From: Tubulanus polymorphus
Lineage: Eukaryota; Animalia; Nemertea
Assembly: GCF_964204645.1 (NCBI RefSeq)
Contig: NC_134028.1
Location: 1,612,001-1,676,000, forward strand
Length of the DNA: 64,000 nt
Direction: 5' to 3'
A program made the position numbers and the translations under genes. This document shows, piece by piece, positions 55,371 to 64,000 of this stretch (positions within the stretch are counted from its first letter, which is position 1; each line of letters begins with the position of its first letter). The notes beneath the pieces are model-generated. The model was given only the letters and a program-made list of their open reading frames with translations, was not told the DNA's origin and did not search any database.

Positions 55371-56107
55371 GAACGCCGCCTACTTTACTGCAAAAAGTAT
55401 ACAAAAATACTGAAAAATGTGAAAATCTGCCATTGCGCGTCCTCTAGCGGCCAGTAGCGGCCATAATGATTCACAATACGTATGATAATATTACTATTAA
55501 TATAAGATAACTGATAGATGCTATTTATCCATCTATTTCAGGGAGGTGGCTCTCCATGGTTATCTGTAAACTAAGGCGCGATTTTGATCGTTCTTTTTTC
55601 AATGTTTCTGTATATATATTTATACCATGTTGAATTTTATGCAAAGGTGCAAATAAATTGTTGTATTATTTGTGTTTTTATCTTATTCACTGTCTATGGA
55701 TGTGACCACGGCGCCATCGATGCGACGGGTTTGATTAACTTACATTTCATAATCTAAGCCCGAGGAGGGCACACGGAACGTCGTTCAACCAAACGTGGAT
55801 ATTCTATAGCCAAATGAACTTATTTGAATTATTTATTGAAACAATAAATTATAAGCCGCAGAACCATTCGTTCGCGTTGCTTTGCCTTTATTCCGCCAGA
55901 TGGCACCCGAGGAATGAATGACACGAGCTTTACGCCAGCAAGACGAATGTAAGACGACCGCGCGTCGCACCACCACAGGCCTTATATACTTTAACTGTTA
56001 CACAGGCCCGTACCCAGGGGGTAGCGTTGTGCAACAGCATCTCCAAGCAAGATCCCGAGTTCCGCTATTTTTGTCAAAGATAATTCATTAGATTACATTA
56101 ACGGGTG

Positions 56108-58283
56108 CATTTGTGGCTTAAAATGGGGTCCCAAAATTAACTTTTTTTTTCATATTACATGTAATTTGTAATAAAGTCCCTGGCTTCATTTAGCCTTATT
56201 TAGCATAGGCCTAAACTCAATTCATTATACAGGCATACATCAAATAGCCTATGCATGTATGTTTATAGGCCTAATAAACAGTAACTTTCTGAAGAGAAAT
56301 GAAAGGTTTTGCGCAAATCTGTAATTCAATGTAATTCACTGTAATCGAGGTGTGATAAGCTGTAATAGCTGTAATAGCCAGATAAAACCAGTAATATTTG
56401 GCATAAATCTGTAATTAAATGTAATTCGCTGTAATTAGGGTGTAATAAGCTGTAATGACTGTAATAACAGGTTTTACAGGTTGCCGGTTTTATCTGGTTA
56501 TTACAGCTATTACAGCTTATTACTCTTTAATTACAGCGAATTACATTGAATTACAGATTTATGCCAAATATTACAAGGTTTTATCTGGTTATTACAACTA
56601 TTACAGCTTATTACACTTTAATTACAGCGAATTACATTGAATTACAGATTTATGTCAAATATTACTAGGTTTTATCTGGTTGTTACAGCTGTTACAGCTT
56701 ATTACACTTCGATTACAGTGAATTACATTGAATTACAGATTTATGCCAAATATTACTAGGTTTTATCTGGTTATTACAGCTATTACAGCTTATTACACAT
56801 TAATTACAGTGAATTACATTGAATTACAAATTTATGCCAAATATTACGTATGTTTTATCTGGTTATTACAGCTATTACAGCTTTTTACACTTTAATTACA
56901 GCGAATTACATTGAATTACAAATTTATGCCAAATATTACGTATGTTTTATCTGGTTATTACAACTATTACAGCTTATTACACCTCGATTAAAGCGAATTA
57001 CATTGAATTACAGATTTAAGCCAAATATTACTAGATTTTATCTGGTTATTACAGCTATTACAGCTTATTACACTTTAATTACAGCGAATTACATTGAATT
57101 ACAAATTTAAGCCAAATATTACGTATGTTTTATCTGGTTATTACAACTATTACAGCTTATTACACCTCGATAACAGCGAATTACATTGAATTACAGATTT
57201 AAGCCAAATATTACTAGGTTTTATCTGGTTATTACAGCTTATTACACTTTAATTACAGCGAATTACATTGAATTACAGATTTATGCCAAATATTACGTAT
57301 GTTTTATCTGGTTATTACAACTATTACAGCTTATTACACTTTAATTACAGCGAATTACATTGAATTACAGATTTATGCCAAATACTACTAGGTTTTATCT
57401 GGTTATTACAGCTGTTACAGCTTATTACACCTCGATTACAGCGAATTACAGATTTATGCCAAATATTACTAGGTTTTATCTGGTTATTACAACTATTACA
57501 GCTTATTACACTTTAATTACAGCGAATTACATTGAATTACAGATTTATGCCAAATATTACTAGGTTTTATCTGGTTATTACAGCTGTTACAGCTTATTAC
57601 ACCACGATTACAGCGAATTACATTGAATTACAGATTTATGCCAAATATTACTAGGTTTTATCTGGTTATTACAGCTGTTACAGCTTATTACACCTCGATT
57701 ACAGTGAATTACATTGAATTACAGATTTATGCCAAATATTACTATGTTTTATCTGGTTATTACAGCTATTACAGCTTATTACACCTCGATTACAGCGAAT
57801 TACATTGAATTACAGATTTATGCCAAATATTACTAGGTTTTATCTGGTTATTACAGCTTATTACACTTTAATTACAGCGAATTACATTGAATTACAGATT
57901 TATGCCAAATATTACGTATTTTTTATATGGTTATTACAGCAATTACAGCTTATTACACTTTAATTACAGCGAATTACATTGAATTAAAGATTTATGCCAA
58001 ATATTACGTATGTTTTATATGGTTATTACAGCTATTACAGCTTATTACACTTTAATTACAGCGAATTACATTGAATTAAAGATTTATGCCAAAAATTACT
58101 AGGTAGTTTACATCAAGATCTTTATGTATTTTTGATATCATGTATATAGGGCTATATCATGAATTGAGTTTAGGCCTATGCATTGCGTATATCTGAGGCT
58201 AAATGAAGCCAGGGACTTTATTACAAATTACATGTAATATGGAAAAAAAGTTAATTTTGGGACCCCATTTTGAGCCTTATATA
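56108..58283. mobile_element. Foldback-type non-autonomous DNA transposon with internal satellite
   Basis: ~110-bp inverted termini (GGCT[T/C]AAAATGGGGTCCCAAAATTAAC...; 56115-56225 vs ~58159-58276). The 8-bp direct repeat AACGGGTG (56100-56107, 58284-58291) sits 7 bp outside each. Internal tandem arrays are inverted; no transposase ORF. Confidence 0.8.
56486..58103. repeat. ~91-bp satellite, ~18 copies, built from ATTACA subrepeats; ~1.7 inverted copies at 56315-56468
   Basis: Unit GGTTTTATCTGGTTATTACAGCTATTACAGCTTATTACACTTTAATTACAGCGAATTACATTGAATTACAGATTTATGCCAAATATTACTA; first two starts at 56486 and 56577. Confidence 0.95.
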
Positions 58284-59379
58284 AACGGGTGACGGGTTTA
58301 GGTTGTCGCGAAATATCCTCTTTCTCTTGGACGGAAATGCATCTAAAACGCTTCCAATTTTCAGGATTTTGGGCAAGACCCCCAAACCACACTCAGGGGC
58401 TTCTATGCCGGCAAATAAGTTCACCCTTATCGAAATACGCATCCATCCTAAATAGAGACCGCCCATTGGCCTGACCAACTTAACCATAGCAAACGTACAA
58501 GGTAGTCCATCGAATTTGTTTTGATTCAGCTGAACACGGGCGTTTTTGTTATGTGCAATGTAATATCCGATTAACACGATGCGACCTTATTGATCACAGA
58601 TACAAAACATCGAAAACATGTTGACAACAACAAGGAGTCCAGTCAGTGACATCATGTCCACTCTTGGTGAAATGCTTGCAATCTAATAATCCCAATATTC
58701 GCCAAGTGGCCTAAAATGATTTGTCACATTTACATTGCCAAAAAAATGTTTTTCCAACAACGATATTGCATAATCTTTTAGAATATCTTAAATTTCTATA
58801 ATCATGAGTTTTAGTAAATTTGAATCTTTTTGAAAAAACGAAACCTTACATTTCTACATAATTTTAGCCTTTCTTATCATAACAACATCGATCTACCATT
58901 GCTATCATTATTATCATCTAAAACTGATACAACCCCTTATTACAGAAGGCGCAATTCATAATATAGAAAAAGAAAATTGCAATCAAACGGTGTATTTCGA
59001 AATAAAATTACGCAGTTTAAAACCAGTAATACAGGAAGTAGATGGTATGCTTATCTGAAAATATGAATCAAGCGCGAAATGAAGGCAACCCTGGAAGTAT
59101 CCTCCGTCGAGATGGAAGTGTCAACAAAAGCGCCACATTTCTTTTTTTCGCGGAAATAATACAATAGCTTTCGTGGAAACCTAGGGTCGCCCTAAATATC
59201 AGCTAATGAAATACGAACATCCGCATTATCTGAAAGGGGGAACTACAGAAAAAGATTACTTTTCCCCGGAAATTCTGAGAGGATGTGCCCTCGTCAGAGA
59301 TTGACGCTATTCAGCCCTCGCGGAGTATTACCGCATTCGTCACTGTTTTCTCTCATTTGCGTCAACAGTCGAACGAACG

Positions 59380-59598
59380 GCACTCGGTTCGTTCAGTTTT
59401 ATACCTGTCGATGTATTGTAACGGCGGAAACGATGTTGATTGGTGATACGGCCACCGTCGCTGGCAATATACTGTAACCATGGTAACAGTTTGCGCTTCA
59501 TTTCAGCTCGGTTAGGCGCATTGTCGCGTATGAGTCTCATACAAGCAGTGGTCGGCAAAATTCAGGTACGCTTCGGTTCGGCTTCTCTTGAAAACAAG
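59380..59598 (+). other. syt17: Putative non-coding first exon/TSS region of syt17
   Basis: CpG-rich stretch with Inr-like TCAGTT (~59393) ending at a good donor AAG|GTATGT (59598/59599). The next exon has an acceptor at 60641, so an upstream exon is needed. Start coordinate is approximate. Confidence 0.4.
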
Positions 59599-59775
59599 GT
59601 ATGTGCAAGTTCATTTCTTATAAAGTTTCGGGATTTTTTCCTGATGAAATGAAGTTTTCTATATTCGATCTTGATAATCTAATCACTAAATCGTTTGGCT
59701 AAACGTTTCATTGCATACTTCGTATTTTTGGACCCTCGATATCTGTTTGCTTGTTGCATTAATACGTACATAGCT

Positions 59776-59846
59776 TTATCATGTCAGGCTTCACCTTGAG
59801 CTGAAATGAAGTTCATTTCAGCTCAAGGCGACGCCTGACATGATAA
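59776..59846. repeat. Near-perfect palindrome (35-bp arms, 1-nt spacer)
   Basis: TTATCATGTCAGGCTTCACCTTGAGCTGAAATGAA-G-TTCATTTCAGCTCAAGGCGACGCCTGACATGATAA, 2 mismatches. Confidence 0.9.
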
Positions 59847-60701
59847 GCTGAAGACGCATCTAATGCAATGTAATTTAGCGTGATCTTTGGGGGTTATCAA
59901 GACAAGGTCTTTAAGCTCGACATAAGCTATATAGCCATTTCAAAGCAAAACTTGAATTTGGATTCATACAGCATTGGTGTATTCAGAAGTTTTTAGTATT
60001 TTCTCTGCAATGTTTGAATTAACATTTTTCTGCATAAGAACGGTGTCTATGAATAGGGTCATTATCTAGGTATACATGTCTAGTGTCAGGGTTATCAAAT
60101 AAAGAAACATCAACACCTGCGATTGTCAATGCTGTCTCCAGATTATCGACGATTATCGCTGAAAAGTCGAATATTCAATAAATACAATGCATTCATTTGC
60201 ATAGAAAGGCATCTACGGTTTCAGCTTCCGGTGTAGATACGTGCAGGCCTAGATAGCACTGATGGGGGTATATGGCTAATTGGGAAACGATGTTAGACGA
60301 ACCCAGTGGCACGAGCTCCTCTGCGGCAGAGGCAATCAAAACCTGGCCGCCGGTATGAAGGCATAAAGCTGATAGATTATTTCCTCTGCATTTGGTTTGT
60401 TATCACTTCTTTTCGCAATCAAGAACAATTGCTATTATTTCGATTTATGTATTTTTGCCCACTAGCATTCGATGGCTACCCATAAGTATAAATGTATTGT
60501 TATATTTTGGTTGCTCTGCCTCTTTGACACCCACACACGTTGCCGTGCATTTATAGCACCCCAACAGGTTGTAAGATGAGAGGCCTAACCGTCAGGTGCA
60601 GTGAGGTTGTCACTTGATCAATTTAATTCATCTATTTTCAGAATCCGCCACGGGCAATGAAAGCACTTAACTAAATTTAGTCTAAAAAGATTAGTTCTAA
60701 A

Positions 60702-60722
60702 ATGTCAAAATACACAACGAAG
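60702..60722 (+). CDS. syt17: Synaptotagmin-17 first coding exon (MSKYTTK); exon starts at 60642
   Basis: Acceptor TTTCAG|60642, AAAATGT start context, donor AAG|GTAAGC; phase 0 matches the next exon. Confidence 0.72.
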
Positions 60723-60958
60723 GTAAGCAAATGTCAATCAATGAAAAGTTCGCTAAAGTAAAGGTGGAAACTGAGTTAATCCGAGATCTAAAAAAGTTAA
60801 AGCTTTTTCACGAATTAATTTTCAAGGAAATGCATCGACGGCATTGCTCAAAACGGGCCACAAATAAATGAATATCAGTCAAAGGCGGAAATTTAATCTC
60901 ACAAATCTATTAGATTTAATGTAAAACTGTGATTATGTTCATCGTCACCGTTTTGCAG

Positions 60959-61816
60959 ATCTACGACGTCTCACACAAGATATTAGAGATAATCTGTTGC
61001 CGAAATGGCTGCTGTGACACGTGGTTCGAACCGGACAAAAAGAAACAAGTCATTCAGAAAAAAGATATCGAATATCAGTTTCGAGAACCGGAAAGCATTC
61101 GTCTAAACTCTGATTCGGAAAGCGTGAAGAGTCTCAGCATTGGTCGAGATCGTTTAGACTCGGACAATTCGGCTATTGACTCGATTTGTTCGACGTCTTC
61201 ACTGGAAGGACGTCGTGCGGGTACAACCCCGGTCATCGATATGAAACCGATTGAATTCTGGACGGCTAATCGCGAGACTGTCCAGCCCCGAACCCCCAGA
61301 CGTCGTCTAGCCAGTGAGCAGGACATCGATGTGTCCGAGTTCAGACCGGATCTCTATTCCAACGATAGTTTCCAAGACGAATGTTTGACCGACGAAGAGA
61401 AATTAGCTCGATTCAAACTGGGCCAAGTTCATTTCAGTTTACAATACGAAATACCCTCGAAAACTCTGATAGTGAAAGTGATCGAGGCACGTGACTTACC
61501 GCCGCCGTATTGTTTAGATCGTAATAGACACGATATGGCTCACAGCAACCCGTATGCAAAGGTGGCCCTGTTGCCCGACCAGAAAAACTCCTATCAGACA
61601 TCAGTGCAGAGAAAAACACAGTGCCCGGTCTGGGGAGAAATGTTCTCGTTCGAACTACCGTATAAAGAGGCACAGCGTCGAACCCTGGAGATCATAATCA
61701 AAGACTTCGATAAATTTAGCCGCCATTGCGTCATCGGCCAAATCCACCTTCCCCTAGAAAATGTCAATATCATTAAAGGGAGGCACATGTGGAAACCTTT
61801 GATGCCATCGACGAAG
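60959..61816 (+). CDS. syt17: Synaptotagmin-17 exon: N-terminal Cys cluster, linker and C2A domain
   Basis: Acceptor TTTTGCAG|, donor AAG|GTAGGC. CCRNGCC cluster with no transmembrane helix, PVIDMKPIEFW, and C2A motifs MAHSNPY and DFDKFSRHCVIG typical of SYT17. Confidence 0.95.
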
Positions 61817-61943
61817 GTAGGCATTATTTTAAATGTTCTCAAAATATATAATTAATTTTCTTATCAATAATATTACTAATTTGTGACGATCAATGAATAA
61901 ATTTCAAATTTTGAGAAATATTTGTTCACATATTCCACGTAAA

Positions 61944-61946
<3 letters not shown>

Positions 61947-62024
<78 letters not shown>
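61947..62024. repeat. (TA)n microsatellite in a syt17 intron
   Basis: ~39 AT units. Confidence 0.98.
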
Positions 62025-62029
<5 letters not shown>

Positions 62030-62669
62030 TTCCAGCACACACAACATTATACACACCATTACATTGCCAATTTAATGATCGTTGCTATGGTGACAACATC
62101 CGACCTTTCTCTCGCTTGCGCCTTATCGACGTAACCGGTAGTTCTGTGCTCTGTATGTTCGAACCAAAGTCGAATTATTTCATGCCACAACGAATATAAT
62201 ACTATTCGACAATTTCAGCTTTTAATGATGGATCTTCAGACTTATGCGACGTATGGGTTCTTGTTGAAAGCCAGTAATAGATTTGTAACCAACTCAGACT
62301 AATAACGTTTTCTTCGTCAATCACTTGGATATTGTCATCATTTTCATTATCAAGTTGATTAGCAGTTTAACCATACGCATACCCCTTGAGAGCTATGTTT
62401 TTGACAAATCTAAAACCATATATCGCTTTATAATCATAATTCAAAGTATATTCACTTAAAATTAACCCAATTATGTCATGATTGAGAGAAACCGAGTTTG
62501 TGAAAGGTATTCAGATTAGTACCAAAACCTTCTGCACGCACAGATCCATCCAAACCAAACTGAAAAAATGGCCTGTAAACTGTCTCAAGGACGTCGGATA
62601 TTTTTGGTAGGAAAACATCTATCAAAGTCTCAGAAACGTCGATAATTTTCAATCTTTTCTGTTTTTCAG

Positions 62670-62790
62670 GAAAGACAGGATCTCGGGGAAATCCTTCTAT
62701 CAATTAATTACTTGCCAAGCGCCGGTCGTCTGAATATTGACGTCATCAAAGCCAAACAGCTACTACAAACTGATTTAGTCGGGGGATCAG
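62670..62790 (+). CDS. syt17: Synaptotagmin-17 exon, start of C2B
   Basis: TTTCAG| ... CAG|GTATAA. ERQDLGEILLSINYLPSAGRLNIDVIKAKQLLQTDLVGGS(D) resembles the SYT17 LSLNYLPSAGRLNVDVIRAKQLLQTD motif; phase 0 to 1. Confidence 0.95.
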
Positions 62791-63258
62791 GTATAAAGCA
62801 CTGAAGCTCAATTACTACGGCTTATATCCAGTACCGGTATATCAGTGAAACTATCGAAACATTAATTAACCCTTTCAGACTTCGCCGAGTATAAAGATTT
62901 ATAGTACTCATAAGGCTAAACAAAAATTATACTTTGTTTCTCCGCATTGGCCGGGTCATTTTTGTAAAAAATTAATATGATTTTAAAAAATTGTAATCAG
63001 TTCATCTCTATAGCGGCCGGGTCTGTTATGGTAAAATAAATCATGATTTTAAAATAAGTAATGTACAGAGATAGGTCAACTTTTAAGCTCAGCAGAGCTT
63101 AGCCTCAGCATTTCACGTATAGGCCATTCATTCTACAACTGGGAGATGATGTATCGATCAGATTATGGCTCGAAACTAGTTCTCCTTAAGTCTAATAACA
63201 AGACGCGCCCCGTGGGATTTATATGTCAAATACTCATCGGGTTCATCTTTCGTTGCAG

Positions 63259-63608
63259 ATCCTTTTGTCAAGGTCACGCTCCTATACGACGATAAAGCGA
63301 TGAAGACGAAGAAAACTTCGACGAAAAAGAATACGATTGACCCGGTGTTTAACGAGTCGTTCAATTTCAACGTCACACCGGAGCAACTGGAGCACACGAG
63401 CGTAGCAGTTACCGTCTGGGATTACAACTCGAAAAGTAAAGACGATTTCGTGGGCAGAATCGTCATCGGCACGTACACGACCGGGCCGCACGAGATTACC
63501 CATTGGAACCGTATGATACGGTCGCCTCGTTCACCCGTAGCTCAGTGGCACACGCTTCGCTCGCGTAAAGAATGCGACAGCAAAGTCGTCATCATGAACT
63601 CGTCGTGA
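63259..63608 (+). CDS. syt17: Synaptotagmin-17 last coding exon, rest of C2B to stop
   Basis: TTGCAG|AT CCT TTT GTC AAG (DPFVK), then KTKKT..TIDPVFNESF..GRIVIG..HW..QWHTLRSRKECD, TGA ending at 63608. Confidence 0.95.
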
Positions 63609-64000
63609 ATGACGATCGACGTGAAAAAAAATAGAAGAAAACGTGTATCCGGTAGTACGATGTAATATCAATAGTAAGCGAAATCGTATTGGAACATAAA
63701 AGAAACAAAGTACAAAAAAAACTTGTAATAATCATGTGCAAAATAGTTTGAAATTTAGATAGTAAAAGTTTCAAACTAGTTGCAGTAGTTTTGTTATACT
63801 AATATCAAAACCATGAAATACTCAAAACATAATTCTTAAATATCAGTTTCATGGAAGGATATGTTTCGATCTCTTTTGATGTAGCAAACAATAGCGCACA
63901 CATTCATTTACCTTAGGAGATTAGTAATACTTAAATGTAGTAGCGAATTATTGTACAAAATCGAAAAGAAATAATCACAAACTTTAGCACAATGACTAGT

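Noticed and set aside
56455-57808. Repetitive ORFs or a CRISPR-like array
   Set aside because: Head-to-tail 91-bp satellite without unique spacers in a eukaryotic locus; the ORFs are repeat artefacts.
62866-62880. TTAACCCTTTCAG matching the piggyBac MITE end at 21976
   Set aside because: No partner TIR found; too short to call.

Overview
AT-rich animal genomic DNA, probably from a lophotrochozoan invertebrate judging by the TCF N-terminus (inference). Two genes lie head-to-head. The minus strand carries the 5' half of a TCF/LEF (pangolin/TCF7L2-like) gene: four coding exons at 55049-54897, 54804-54726, 49580-49483 and 3452-3320, with a ~46 kb third intron. The HMG-box exons must lie beyond the left edge. 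The plus strand carries a complete synaptotagmin-17 gene (4 coding exons, ~449 aa). Notable non-coding features are: (1) a dense block of TCF/LEF binding sites and recurring RCCG-ACATCAAA composite sites inside the TCF intron and promoter, suggesting autoregulation; (2) a perfect 108-bp-arm palindrome carrying Penelope-type minimal hammerhead ribozyme motifs, flanked by a 12-bp direct repeat; (3) a 2.2-kb foldback element with an 8-bp TSD and an asymmetric 91-bp satellite between the two promoters; and (4) several MITEs and minisatellites. All calls were made by eye without database searches.
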